64,000 nucleotides of DNA from Candidatus Brocadiia bacterium (GTDB taxonomy: Bacteria > Planctomycetota > Brocadiia > CAIUPP01): positions 23,018 to 87,017 of the forward strand of contig JBEKCB010000023.1 of NCBI GenBank assembly GCA_050015075.1, written 5' to 3'. Positions 26,863 through 36,859 of the stretch are shown here, one piece after another. The stretch's first letter is position 1, and each line of letters starts with the position of its first letter. Under the pieces are notes generated by a model, which saw nothing but the letters and a program-made list of their open reading frames with translations, searched no databases and was not told the origin of the DNA. The translations under genes and the position numbers were made by a program.

Positions 26863-28645
26863 ACATGCAGTAACACGTCAGCGCGGCGATGGCGGCGATC
26901 CAGACCGCGGTCAGCGCAACGGTCCGCGCGCCGAGGTCGGCATAGTTGGGGAAGAACCAGCCGATCGGGATCAGCGGGTAGCTCTGGCTGATGGCCGGGA
27001 TGCTCCAGGCCTGGTGCATGTTGTACATCGCCTCCGGGTCCGCGATCATCAACGCCCCGAGCAGCGCGCCGACGGCCAGCAGCGCGTGGCATAACCGCCG
27101 CAGCCAGGCGTTCCCGAGGCAGCGCTCATAAGCCACGATCGCAAGGGCGCCCAGCAGCGGGCAGACACAGGCCATGAACCGCGAGGGCGGGGACCAATCG
27201 CCGTGCCAGCTCCGCCAGCCGGCGGCGATCAGCACCGTCTCCAGCGCGACGGGCAGCATCAGCACCGCCATGAGCCGCCGGTCGCGCCGGTAAAGCAGGG
27301 CGGCGCCCATCGGCGCGAGGAGCAGCGCCGGCGCATACGCGATCACGCCGCCCTGCGAATCGAGGAAGAGGGCGCAGAGATACGTGACTGAGCGACGCCA
27401 CGAAAGCGACGCCCAGAAAGAGAATCGGTCCGGCAGCGCGCTGATCGGCGCCGGACTGAACGCGCCGTAGACAGCGTGATAGAAGCCCAGGAGCGCGGCG
27501 GCGGAGGCGAGCACGGGCAGGATCAGGGAGGGCAGTTTCCCCGCGCTAAACCGGCAACGGACCAGCGCGATGAGCAAAAGTGCGGCGCTCAGCGGCGCGT
27601 AACGGATGTGCAGCCAGGGCAGCGCGGCGGCGAGCGCACCGACGGCCAGCGCGGCGCCGCCTTCGAACCGTTCGTCCGTCAGCAGAACCATGCCCCAGAC
27701 CAAGCCGGCCGCGGCGGCCATCTCCGGATAGATCTGCAGTCCGTACGTGATGAACGGCGAGGTGCAGGCAAGAAAGGCCACGCCGCGCGCCGCCACGGCG
27801 GCGTTCACCCCGATGTTCCGGAGCAGGACGAACAGACCCGTCAAGCCGGCCGCCGTCAGCAGCAGCACCACTATCTTCGCGCCGCAGGCGCCGGCCGCGG
27901 CGTAGCCCGGCAGGATCAGAACCGGCAGGCCGGGATAGTGGTACGGGCGAAGAAAACTTTTTCCTGTCTCCGGATTCGTGACGACGACGGTCTGGCCGTC
28001 GGGAGTCAGGCCGTTGGCGAATCGGCCGGTGATGCGCGAATCGTAGCTGTTGCGCAGATCGGCGTCGCGGTCGCGCATCAGGCTGTCCGCGTAAACGAGA
28101 TAGTGCGGCTCGTCGCCGTCGAGCGGCCTCGGGTGGTCGAGAAGGAAGAAGCCGAGGCCGATCGCCAGCACCGCGATCCACACGTCGCGCCGCCGAACCG
28201 ACGCCCTCGAAAAAAGGGCAGCCTTGAGGAACGGATACAGTTTCCACGCGAGGAGCACGAGGTAAAGGAGTCCGACGTCGTTCAGGAAGCGCGGCCGGCC
28301 GCTGATCGGCCCGAATGCGACCAGCGCCGCGATGAGCGGCGCGCCCGCGAGGAAGCGGATTCCATCCCAAAGGAGCAACCCGGACAGCGGCGCGCCGGTT
28401 CGGCGATGAATATAATAGTTCGTCAGGCCCCAGATCAGCGTAAAGGCGACTGTCAGGCCGATCCCGTACCGGGCAAATCGGTCGAGTGAGATATACCGCC
28501 AAGCCAGGTCTCGAAAGTGCACCGGCGCGGCCGGGTGGAGTTCGGCGAAGCCGAGAAACGCGCTGACCAGCGCGCCGGCGACAACGCCGCTGACCAGGAC
28601 GAGGAGGTACGCGAACGCTGCGCGACGTTTTTCGGAAGTGGCCAT
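26792..28645 (-). CDS. Polytopic membrane protein, GT-C (ArnT/PMT-like) glycosyltransferase
   Basis: Many TM segments; DGDEPHYL..DRDADLRN acidic first loop; YPE; LPWLH.RY. Confidence 0.65.
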   Translation of the reverse strand: MATSEKRRAAFAYLLVLVSGVVAGALVSAFLGFAELHPAAPVHFRDLAWRYISLDRFARYGIGLTVAFTLIWGLTNYYIHRRTGAPLSGLLLWDGIRFLAGAPLIAALVAFGPISGRPRFLNDVGLLYLVLLAWKLYPFLKAALFSRASVRRRDVWIAVLAIGLGFFLLDHPRPLDGDEPHYLVYADSLMRDRDADLRNSYDSRITGRFANGLTPDGQTVVVTNPETGKSFLRPYHYPGLPVLILPGYAAAGACGAKIVVLLLTAAGLTGLFVLLRNIGVNAAVAARGVAFLACTSPFITYGLQIYPEMAAAAGLVWGMVLLTDERFEGGAALAVGALAAALPWLHIRYAPLSAALLLIALVRCRFSAGKLPSLILPVLASAAALLGFYHAVYGAFSPAPISALPDRFSFWASLSWRRSVTYLCALFLDSQGGVIAYAPALLLAPMGAALLYRRDRRLMAVLMLPVALETVLIAAGWRSWHGDWSPPSRFMACVCPLLGALAIVAYERCLGNAWLRRLCHALLAVGALLGALMIADPEAMYNMHQAWSIPAISQSYPLIPIGWFFPNYADLGARTVALTAVWIAAIAALTCYCMFTTMTRNSTTTTRRARRTLHDEH

Positions 28646-28818
28646 TTTGAGATTCTGGCCTTCGGCGCTGCGGGCGTCAAGTTAGTTTTGACGGGATAAC
28701 AGGATGGACAGGACGAATACGTAACGACGCATTACAACGTCCTGATTTACCGGATAACGACTTCAGGATATCGGCCCGTCGGCGGGTTCTCCGCGTCGCA
28801 CATAAATTTTATGGAAAT

Positions 28819-28847
28819 TTGACAGGAGGTAAATTGTAGGATAGACT
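28819..28847 (+). promoter_or_regulatory. sigma70 promoter of dnaG-rpoD, with an adjacent palindrome
   Basis: TTGACA-17bp-TAGACT; CATAAA-T-TTTATG at 28801-28813. Confidence 0.65.
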
Positions 28848-28914
28848 TACATGGTTGTGCCCAGCATGCCGCGCGACTTAACCTATCTCCGGAGTGGAGT
28901 TTACATAGAACTCG

Positions 28915-30714
28915 GTGAGCAACTACGTTTCGGACCAGGTGCTTGACCGCATTCGGCAGGCAACCGATATTGCTGCGCTCGTGCGGAATATAGTCCCCCT
29001 GAAGAAATCCGGCTCCGGACGACAGATCGGGCTTTGCCCCTTCCACAAGGAAAAGACGCCCTCGTTTTCGGTCAATTCGGAGAAGCAGATTTTCAAGTGC
29101 TTCGGCTGCGGCGTGGGCGGCGATGTGTTCAGCTTCGTGATGAAAACGGACGGCGTCGGTTTCATGGAAGCGGTTCGCCTGCTGGCGGAGCGCGCGCACA
29201 TCGAACTGCCCGAGCGCGACGGTCACGCACCGCCGCCGGGCGAGAAGGAGCGCCTCTACGAAGTGAACGCGTGGGCGGCCGAGGCGTTCCATTACTGGCT
29301 GCTCCGCGACCCGGCCGGCAAGGCGGCGCTCGAGTATCTGAAGAAGCGCGGCCTGAGCGAAAAGACGATCAAGGAGTTCAAGCTGGGATTCAGCCCGGAT
29401 TCGTGGGACTCGCTGGTGAACGCGGCGAGCCGAAAAAAGTACGATGCCGAGCTGCTCCGCAAGGCCGGGCTGACGGCGACCAGCGAGCGGAGCGACCGGG
29501 CGTACGACCGGTTCCGCAACCGCGTGATCTTCCCGATCCGCGACGCCCAGGACCGCGTGATCGGGTTCGGCGGGCGCAGCCTCGGCGACGAGGAGCCGAA
29601 ATACCTCAATAGCCCGGAGACGCCGCTCTTTTCCAAAGGGCGCGTGCTTTACGCGCTCGACAAGGCGCGCGCTGTCCTGCGCGAGAAGCGCTGCGCCGTC
29701 GTCGTCGAAGGTTACATGGACGCGGTTATGGCGCACCAGTTCGGCGTCACATGGACCGTGGCGGTGCTGGGGACGGCGCTCTCGCAGGAGCACGTGCGCG
29801 TGCTGCGGCGCCATGCGGACGAGGCGGTGCTGCTCTTCGATTCGGACAACGCCGGGCAGAGTTCGGCGAGCCGCAGCGTGGACGCTTTCGCCGCCGAGGA
29901 AATGCCGGTGCGCGTCGCGACGTTGCCGGGCGGGCTGGACCCGGACGAGTACCTGCTCCAGCACGGCCTGGAGGCGTTCCTGGCGCAGTTGGATGGAAGC
30001 CCGGACGGCGTGACGTACAAGCTCGAGCGCGCGCTGGCGGGTGCAGAACTGCCGGGAGCCGGCACGAAGGCGCTCGATGACGTGCTGGCGACGGTGGCGT
30101 TGATGCCGAATTCCACCGCGCAGTTTCAGGAGGTCCGCAAGATCGCCACGCGCACGGGCGTCCACGAGCACCTGCTCCAGCAGCGCCTGCAGTCGATGGC
30201 GGCCGCGCCGCAATCCTGGTCGGACGAGGGGCCGGCGCAGGAGAGCCGGCCGCGGATGGATTACGACCGGCAGCTTCTCTCGCTCATGCTGGCGTACCCG
30301 CAGACGGTGCCACTGCTGCGGGAGCATCTCGATATCGAAACTTTAGACGATGCCGCGGTGCGGGCGCTCGTCCAGCGGGTGTTCACGCTCGCGGAATCGT
30401 CGGCGGAAACCGGGCCTGCGGAACTGCTGGCCCGGACGCAGGAGGAGGAACTTCGAGCCGTGGTTGAAGAGATGATCGCCCGCGAGCCGTCGGCGGCGGC
30501 AACGACGGATCCCGCCGGTACGTGCTCCTGGCTGCTGCGCCAGATCGAGGCGCGCGGCCATCTGCGGCTCGCCGGCGAGCTGCACCGCAAAGTGACCACC
30601 GCATCCGCGCCGAGCGCGAAGGACTTGAACGCGCGGCTGCACGCCGTACAGGAAGCGCATCGCGCGCGTGGGACGTTCGACATCAATCGCGATTCTAACG
30701 GAGGAACAGGCTAG
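28915..30714 (+). CDS. dnaG: DNA primase
   Basis: CPFHKEKTPSF..CFGC zinc finger, KYLNSPET, EGYMD, FDSDNAG, DPD. Confidence 0.97.
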   Translation: MSNYVSDQVLDRIRQATDIAALVRNIVPLKKSGSGRQIGLCPFHKEKTPSFSVNSEKQIFKCFGCGVGGDVFSFVMKTDGVGFMEAVRLLAERAHIELPERDGHAPPPGEKERLYEVNAWAAEAFHYWLLRDPAGKAALEYLKKRGLSEKTIKEFKLGFSPDSWDSLVNAASRKKYDAELLRKAGLTATSERSDRAYDRFRNRVIFPIRDAQDRVIGFGGRSLGDEEPKYLNSPETPLFSKGRVLYALDKARAVLREKRCAVVVEGYMDAVMAHQFGVTWTVAVLGTALSQEHVRVLRRHADEAVLLFDSDNAGQSSASRSVDAFAAEEMPVRVATLPGGLDPDEYLLQHGLEAFLAQLDGSPDGVTYKLERALAGAELPGAGTKALDDVLATVALMPNSTAQFQEVRKIATRTGVHEHLLQQRLQSMAAAPQSWSDEGPAQESRPRMDYDRQLLSLMLAYPQTVPLLREHLDIETLDDAAVRALVQRVFTLAESSAETGPAELLARTQEEELRAVVEEMIAREPSAAATTDPAGTCSWLLRQIEARGHLRLAGELHRKVTTASAPSAKDLNARLHAVQEAHRARGTFDINRDSNGGTG

Positions 30715-32352
30715 ATGGAGAAGCAGCCCACACCGATGGAGTTGTTGCTCAAACGCGGGAAAGAGCGCGGGTTCCTGACCTACGAGGAGCTCAACGACTG
30801 CCTGCCCGACGATACCGTTTCGCCGGAGAAGATTGACGAGATCCTGATGCAGCTCGACGAAATGGGCATTGACCTGGTGGACGAGACGGATGTCGAAGGC
30901 CGCGCGGCGCCGGCCGAGCCGGTCGAACCGCCCGGCGCCTGGGAAGAGGAAGTCGAACCGCCGCCGGGCGCGCGGATTGACGACCCGGTGCGCATCTACC
31001 TGACGCAGATGGGCGAAATCCCGCTGCTCTCGCGCGAGGAGGAAATCCGCCTCGCGAAGAAGATCGAGATCACCCGCAAGCGGTTCCGCACCAAGCTGCT
31101 CGAATCGGACTTCGTGCTGAGCCATTGCCTGACGATCCTCGACGGCGTCAGCGAGGGCGAGCAGCCGTTCGACCGCACGCTGCACTTCGACTCGACCGAG
31201 GAACATGACCGCGAGGAAATCTCCAAGCGGCTCATCGAGAACGTCAAGACGCTCAACCGCATGCTCGAGCGGAACAAAGTGGACTTCCGCGAGCTGGAGC
31301 GCCCGCGCGTGGCCGCGCGCCGCCGCGTGGCAATCCTGCTGCAGATGCGCACGCGCCGCCGGCGCGGCGTGCGCCTGCTTGAGGAAGTCAGCATCCGCAC
31401 GCGCAAGGTGCAGCACCTGATGATGCGCCTGCGCGAAATCTCCGACCGGATGGACGCCCTCCAGAAGGAGATCGAGCGCGCGCAGAAGTCCGGCAAGGAC
31501 GCCGACCGCCTCCAGCGCGCCGAGCAGGAACTCGACCAACTCCAATGGCAGGTCGTCGAGGAGCCCGGCTCGCTCCTGCGCCGCGTCGAGGCCGTGGACC
31601 GCCGCTTCGACGAGTACGAGGACGCCAAGCGCCGGCTCTCCGCCGGAAACCTGCGCCTGGTCGTCAGCATCGCCAAGAAATATCGCAACCGCGGGATGTC
31701 CTTCCTCGACCTGATCCAGGAAGGCAACACCGGCCTCATGCGCGCGGTGGACAAGTACGAGTATAAGCGCGGCTACAAATTCAGCACGTATGCCACCTGG
31801 TGGATCCGCCAGGCGATCACGCGCTCCATCGCCGACCAAGCCCGCACGATTCGCATCCCCGTCCACATGATCGAGACGATGAGCAAGCTGCGCAATGTCT
31901 CGAAGACCCTGGTGCAGGAACTCGGCCGCGAGCCCTCGATCGAGGAGATCGCCGGCCGCGCGGCGCTCTCCGTCGGCGAGACGCGCCGCGTGCTCAAGAT
32001 TTCGCGCCACCCGATCTCGCTGGACCGTCCGGTCGGCGAAAGCGAGGACAGCTACTTCGGCGATTTCATCGAGGACGAGACGGCGGAGTCGCCCATCAGC
32101 GCCGCTTCGCAGGGAATGCTCAAGGACAAGATCGAGGCGGTCCTGAACACGCTGACGCGCCGGGAGCGCGAGATCATCAAGCTGCGTTACGGCATCGGCG
32201 ACGGATACACGTACACGCTCGAGGAAGTCGGCCGGGTCTTCAACGTCACGCGCGAGCGCGTGCGCCAGATCGAGGCGAAGGCCATCCGCAAGCTCCAGCA
32301 CCCTGTGCGCGCGAGAAGGCTGGAAGGGTTCCTTGAGGGAATCCGCGGATAG
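30715..32352 (+). CDS. rpoD: Primary sigma factor sigma70
   Basis: Region 1.1, [45 protein letters not shown]. Confidence 0.97.
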   Translation: MEKQPTPMELLLKRGKERGFLTYEELNDCLPDDTVSPEKIDEILMQLDEMGIDLVDETDVEGRAAPAEPVEPPGAWEEEVEPPPGARIDDPVRIYLTQMGEIPLLSREEEIRLAKKIEITRKRFRTKLLESDFVLSHCLTILDGVSEGEQPFDRTLHFDSTEEHDREEISKRLIENVKTLNRMLERNKVDFRELERPRVAARRRVAILLQMRTRRRRGVRLLEEVSIRTRKVQHLMMRLREISDRMDALQKEIERAQKSGKDADRLQRAEQELDQLQWQVVEEPGSLLRRVEAVDRRFDEYEDAKRRLSAGNLRLVVSIAKKYRNRGMSFLDLIQEGNTGLMRAVDKYEYKRGYKFSTYATWWIRQAITRSIADQARTIRIPVHMIETMSKLRNVSKTLVQELGREPSIEEIAGRAALSVGETRRVLKISRHPISLDRPVGESEDSYFGDFIEDETAESPISAASQGMLKDKIEAVLNTLTRREREIIKLRYGIGDGYTYTLEEVGRVFNVTRERVRQIEAKAIRKLQHPVRARRLEGFLEGIRG

Positions 32353-32357
32353 CCGCC

Positions 32358-32448
32358 AATCGTACTCGTCCTCGTCGTCATCCTCGTCCTCGGACGTTCG
32401 TTAAGCGCGTTCGAAGACGAGGATGAGAACGCTAGGACGAGGACGATT
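32358..32448. repeat. REP-like palindrome, (TCGTCC)n family, copy 2
   Basis: aatcgtactcgtcctcgtcgtcatcctcgtcctcg ... cgaagacgaggatgagaac..aggacgaggacgatt, between convergent rpoD and accA. Confidence 0.8.
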
Positions 32449-32479
32449 ATGGCAAGGACGGTGCGCTGACCGCTTGCTG

Positions 32480-33574
32480 TCAGGCGTTCGCCGCAGGCTT
32501 GTCGTTCTTCGCGGCTGCGGCGGAAGCAGGGGCTTCGGCGGGGTTGGGCTTGCGCCTCGGCTTGCGGGCGGCTGCGGCCGTTGGCGCGGCCGGCTGGCCC
32601 GGGCTGACCTCTTTGCGACCTTCCAGGAAGTATCCGATCCGGCGGTATTTCTGGTAACGCAATTCCAGCAGACGGTCCACCGGAAGGGCGAGCAGTTCGG
32701 CCAGCCCGCGCGAGATGACCTTTTTCAGGTTCTCCGCCATCAGGGCGGGATCGTTGTGCGCGCCGCCGGGGGGCTCGGGGACGATCTCGTCCATGATGCC
32801 CAGCCCGACGAGGTCGTTCGCGGTGAGCTTGAGCGCTTCGGCGGCCTTGGGGGCGTCGTCACCGGAACGCCAGAGGATCGCGGCGCAGCCCTCGGGCGAG
32901 ATGACCGAGTAGTAAGCGTATTCGGAGATGATGAGCCGGTCGCCGGTGCCCAGGCCGAGCGCGCCGCCGCTGCCGCCTTCGCCGATGACCACGCTGAGCA
33001 GGGGGGTGCGCAGGCGCGACATCTCCATCAGGTTGACCGCGATCGCCTCCGCGACGCCGCGCTCCTCGGACCCGATGCCCGGATACGCGCCCATGGTGTC
33101 AATGAACGTGACGACGGGAAGCTGGAATTTCTCGGCCAGTTTCATCGCGCGCAGCGCCTTGCGGTAGCCTTCCGGATGCGGCATGCCGAAGTTGCATGCG
33201 AGCTTCTCCTTGGTCGTGTGCCCCTTCTGCTGGCCGACGAAGACGACGCGCTCGGATCCAACGCGCGCGAAGCCGGCGATCACCGCCTTGTCGTCGCCGA
33301 ACCGCCGGTCGCCGTGGATGTCCAGAAAGTCCTCGAAGACGAGGCCGATGTACTCGGCCGACGTGGGCCGCGAAGGATGGCGCGCGATGCGCACCCGGTC
33401 CCAGGCGGAGAGCTGCGAGAAGATTTTCTGGATGACCGCCAGCCTCTGCGCCTCGAGGTCGCGGATCTCTTTTTCGAATTCGGGTCCCTTGGCGGCGGGA
33501 TCGGAACGCCTCAACTCGATCTGGCGCTCGATCTCGCGGATCGGTTCTTCGAACGGCAGCGTGTACTTGTCCAT
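32480..33574 (-). CDS. accA: Acetyl-CoA carboxylase carboxyltransferase alpha
   Basis: ARHPSRP, HGDRRFGDD, EGYRKA, GEGGSGGAL, ISPEGCA; Ala/Pro/Lys-rich tail. Confidence 0.97.
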   Translation of the reverse strand: MDKYTLPFEEPIREIERQIELRRSDPAAKGPEFEKEIRDLEAQRLAVIQKIFSQLSAWDRVRIARHPSRPTSAEYIGLVFEDFLDIHGDRRFGDDKAVIAGFARVGSERVVFVGQQKGHTTKEKLACNFGMPHPEGYRKALRAMKLAEKFQLPVVTFIDTMGAYPGIGSEERGVAEAIAVNLMEMSRLRTPLLSVVIGEGGSGGALGLGTGDRLIISEYAYYSVISPEGCAAILWRSGDDAPKAAEALKLTANDLVGLGIMDEIVPEPPGGAHNDPALMAENLKKVISRGLAELLALPVDRLLELRYQKYRRIGYFLEGRKEVSPGQPAAPTAAAARKPRRKPNPAEAPASAAAAKNDKPAANA

Positions 33575-33665
33575 TCATCCTCCAGATGTTGGCGCCGACA
33601 TTGTATCACCGTCCGCGCGCGAATCAATCCTTAGTTTTCCCGGACGCACGTCGCGGAGCAACATT

Positions 33666-34991
33666 TCACAGCACCTTGTGTCCTTCGACAAAGGTATGCT
33701 TGACCTGAATCTGCCAATCGCCGGGCTTTCCCTTCAGGCCCGCCAGGACCAGATCCGCGCACCGGCCCGGCTCGATCGTGCCGGAGTCCCGGGCAAGCGG
33801 CGCGGCGCCGGCCGGCCGATCCATGCCGGTGACGTGCGCCGCATTCGTGGCGCAGGCGCGGGCCGCCGCCATGAGCGCCTCGTCGAGCTTCCACGCCCGG
33901 TGCCGCGCGTGCCATACGCCGTCCATGTCCTGCGTCAGCCAGCTCAGGAGATTGCTGAAGGCGCGCGACATGGTCAGCACGCTGCCGAACAGCGTCTGCT
34001 GGCTGCCTTTGAGCCGGAGGTAGTCGCCAGCAGGAGCGAACTCGCCCTCGTTCCCCATGACTGTGAAGGAGCGGATGCCTTGCGCGCCGGTGACGAACAT
34101 GGCGTCGGTCACGACGATGATCCGGCCGATGCCCTTGCGCTCGATGACGTCGCGGACGTACGCGGGGGCGACGTGAAAGCCGTCGCAGATCAGCTCGGCG
34201 TAAATCTCGCGGCTGCCGAGGACGGCTTCGACGACGTTGCCGCCGTGGAACGGCTTGAAGGAACTGCCGGTGGGGCCGTTGAGGAAATGGATCGCCACGC
34301 GAAGGCCGTTCCCGGCGGCGCGGAGCACCTCGTCGGCATCGCACGCGCTGTGCCCGGCGCCGACGAGCACGCCCAGCTCGACCAGGCGGCGCGCCAGATC
34401 CTCCGCCGGCTTCCCGAACTCGGGGACGATGTTGACGTACGAGATGTGGCCGCGCGCGGCGCGGTTGAGCCGTTCGAAGAGCCGCCGGTCGGGCGCGCGG
34501 AAGTTCTCCGGGTTCTGCGCGCCGGCCTGTCCGGGCTTCTGGATGAACGTGCCCTCGATCAGCGCGCCTTCCAGCCGCGCGCCGTGCCGGCCGTTCAGCG
34601 GGTCCGCGACGTAGTCGGCCATGTGCGAAAGCGCCCGTTCGAGGTCCTTCATCGGCGCGGCGACCGTCGCAAGCATCACGCGCGTGGCGCCGTTCCGGGC
34701 GAAGTGCTTCATCAGTCTCGGGAAGCCTTCGGTATAGGCCGAAGGCGAAGCGTCGAACCGCTTTTCCTTCGCGTCGAACCGCCCGCAGGTCAGATCGAGC
34801 CCGGTCCCGCCGTGGACGTGGATATCCACGAATCCGGGCAGCGCGCAGAGTCCTGCGCCGGAAATAACCTTCGCGCCGGGCGCGCGCCCGACCTTGCCCG
34901 TGGCGGCGATGCGGCCATTCTCGATCAGCAGGTCGCCTTCGGAGACTTCGTGCCTGCCCACAATCCGGACGCGGCGGATGACGTAGTCCAT
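33666..34991 (-). CDS. nagA: N-acetylglucosamine-6-phosphate deacetylase-like amidohydrolase
   Basis: PGFVDIHVHG, EGTF, GHS, ELICDGFHV, VTDAM, GSVLTM. Several motifs deviate from canonical NagA. Confidence 0.7.
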   Translation of the reverse strand: MDYVIRRVRIVGRHEVSEGDLLIENGRIAATGKVGRAPGAKVISGAGLCALPGFVDIHVHGGTGLDLTCGRFDAKEKRFDASPSAYTEGFPRLMKHFARNGATRVMLATVAAPMKDLERALSHMADYVADPLNGRHGARLEGALIEGTFIQKPGQAGAQNPENFRAPDRRLFERLNRAARGHISYVNIVPEFGKPAEDLARRLVELGVLVGAGHSACDADEVLRAAGNGLRVAIHFLNGPTGSSFKPFHGGNVVEAVLGSREIYAELICDGFHVAPAYVRDVIERKGIGRIIVVTDAMFVTGAQGIRSFTVMGNEGEFAPAGDYLRLKGSQQTLFGSVLTMSRAFSNLLSWLTQDMDGVWHARHRAWKLDEALMAAARACATNAAHVTGMDRPAGAAPLARDSGTIEPGRCADLVLAGLKGKPGDWQIQVKHTFVEGHKVL

Positions 34992-35166
34992 TGCAAGGCC
35001 TCCTGACTTCGTGAGGCAGGGACGCCAGGGACAGAGTATGATAGCGGGGCAGGGCGCGGGCGTCAAAGCCTGGTGCTTCCTTGTGGAAATAGGCGTCCTA
35101 TTTCCGCAAGGAAGCATGACCGCAATAAGCCGCGTCATTATGCCGAGTCATACGTTCCGTCGGGCC

Positions 35167-35212
35167 GTGTTTAGTTGCGTAAATTGGTACGCCAATTTAC
35201 GCAACTAAACAC
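35167..35212. repeat. Perfect 21-bp inverted repeat with a 4-nt loop
   Basis: GTGTTTAGTTGCGTAAATTGG-TACG-CCAATTTACGCAACTAAACAC. Confidence 0.95.
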
Positions 35213-35216
35213 TGGC

Positions 35217-35245
35217 TTGACACTCGGCGCGGTTGCCGATAATCT
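35217..35245 (+). promoter_or_regulatory. Putative sigma70 promoter of the CAP-protein gene
   Basis: TTGACA-17bp-TAATCT. Confidence 0.55.
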
Positions 35246-35287
35246 TGATGGAAAGTCTGGTCGCTCACCTTTCGGAGATGCCCGCCG

Positions 35288-36859
35288 GTGAAACTGCGCC
35301 GATTGCTGTCCCTCGCCGTCTCGGCCATGACGTGCAGTCTGGTGATGGGTTCGTGGGCCGCGGCGCTGCCGGTGGCGGTTGCGTATCCCGGACTGAATAA
35401 CGCTCTCTCGGCGCCGAGCGCGCCCGAAGCGCGGTTGCTCGAAATGATCCAGCAGGCCCGGGATGCGCACAACTTGCCGCGGCTGACCTGGGACGCCATG
35501 ACTTCCGCCGTAGCGCGCGAGCAGTCGGAAGACATGGCGAATAACGACTACGACGACTACGTTTCTCCGCGGCTCGGGACGCTGGAATACCGGCTCCACC
35601 GCGCCGGAGTCTCCGCCGGGAACGCCCAGTTCGCGGTCTATCGCATGCCTTCGATCGCCGCGGTGATGGAGAGTCTTCAGAAAACGCAGTTGAACCTCAA
35701 AGACTCGGTGACCGACATCGGTATCGGAGTCGCCGAGCGGGGCCCGCAGGAATTTTTGGTGACGCTCATCCTCTATGAGAAGCATTCCCAGTTGGACCCG
35801 TTTCCGACGCTGCCGATCCTGGGGGCGGAATATCGCCTCTCCGGCCGGCTGGAGAGCGGCCTCGAGAAGCCCTTCCTGGTGGTGACGACGCCGGATGGAC
35901 GCGTGACGGAACACCCGCTCAAGTTGTCCGCCGCCCGCCGGTTCGAGAGCACCGTCCGCTTCGACAAGGGAAGCGGCGAGTACAGCGTGGAAATCACCGC
36001 CAGCGCCAGCCTCGGCCCGACGGTGGTGGACCTGATGCACTGCTACGCCGGCGTGGAGTATCCGCCGCCGGTGATCCCGCCGAAGAAAGTCCCAATTTCC
36101 GCCGACCTTCGCGAGGGCGCGCAACTGATGTTCGAGCTGATCAACAAGGCCCGCGCCGAGGCCCATGTGCCGCCGCTGACCTACGACGACGGCCTGTCGG
36201 AGACCGCTCGCGCCCACAGCGAGGACATGTTCCAGAACAAGTATTTCGCGCATGATTCGCCGACGGTCGGCAACCTCGCCGAGCGGATGGCGAAGGCCGG
36301 CATCAGGGCGAAAAAGTTCTGCGAGAACATCGCGGACAACCAGGACCTGCTCGCCGCGCACCAGGAACTGATGGACAGTCCCGGCCACCGGAAGGATATT
36401 CTGGACCCGGACCTGACCCGCGTCGGCGTCGGCATTGTTCGAGCCGAGAACGGGCAACTGCTCGTGACGGAGGATTTCATGGAGGACTTCCAGACGTACG
36501 ACACCTCCGTGCTGGCGGCGCAGTTGATCCAGGGCCTGAACACGGCCCGCGGCAACAACGGGCTCGCCTGGCTGACGGAATCCTCCACGTTGTCGGACGT
36601 CGCGCTCGAGAACTCGCGTGCGATGATGGCCAACGGCAAGCTGGACCAGAGTAAGGTCAAGGCGCTCATCTCGCAGAAGAGGTTGCGAGTGCGGTACGTC
36701 CAGGCATTGATGTTCGAATCGGCCGACCCCGCCGCGCCCGCGCAGATGGCCGAAGCCCTGAAGGCGCGTTATCAGGAAGTCGGCGTGGGAATCGTCCAGG
36801 ACACTTCGCCGTCGGGCGCCAAAATATTGTGGACGACGGTGCTGCTGGGAGAACGGTAA
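35288..36859 (+). CDS. Secreted CAP/SCP-domain protein (one intact and two degenerate CAP domains plus a beta-rich linker domain)
   Basis: Signal peptide; central INKAR..ARAHSEDM..YFAH..ENIA..MDSPGHRKDIL..VGVG; similar degenerate units at both ends. Confidence 0.8.
   Translation: MKLRRLLSLAVSAMTCSLVMGSWAAALPVAVAYPGLNNALSAPSAPEARLLEMIQQARDAHNLPRLTWDAMTSAVAREQSEDMANNDYDDYVSPRLGTLEYRLHRAGVSAGNAQFAVYRMPSIAAVMESLQKTQLNLKDSVTDIGIGVAERGPQEFLVTLILYEKHSQLDPFPTLPILGAEYRLSGRLESGLEKPFLVVTTPDGRVTEHPLKLSAARRFESTVRFDKGSGEYSVEITASASLGPTVVDLMHCYAGVEYPPPVIPPKKVPISADLREGAQLMFELINKARAEAHVPPLTYDDGLSETARAHSEDMFQNKYFAHDSPTVGNLAERMAKAGIRAKKFCENIADNQDLLAAHQELMDSPGHRKDILDPDLTRVGVGIVRAENGQLLVTEDFMEDFQTYDTSVLAAQLIQGLNTARGNNGLAWLTESSTLSDVALENSRAMMANGKLDQSKVKALISQKRLRVRYVQALMFESADPAAPAQMAEALKARYQEVGVGIVQDTSPSGAKILWTTVLLGER

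Noticed and set aside
28686-28746. ACAGGAT-type repeat remnant (gacgggataacaggatggacaggac...gtcctg)
   Set aside because: Only one clear arm is present, too degenerate to call from this window alone.
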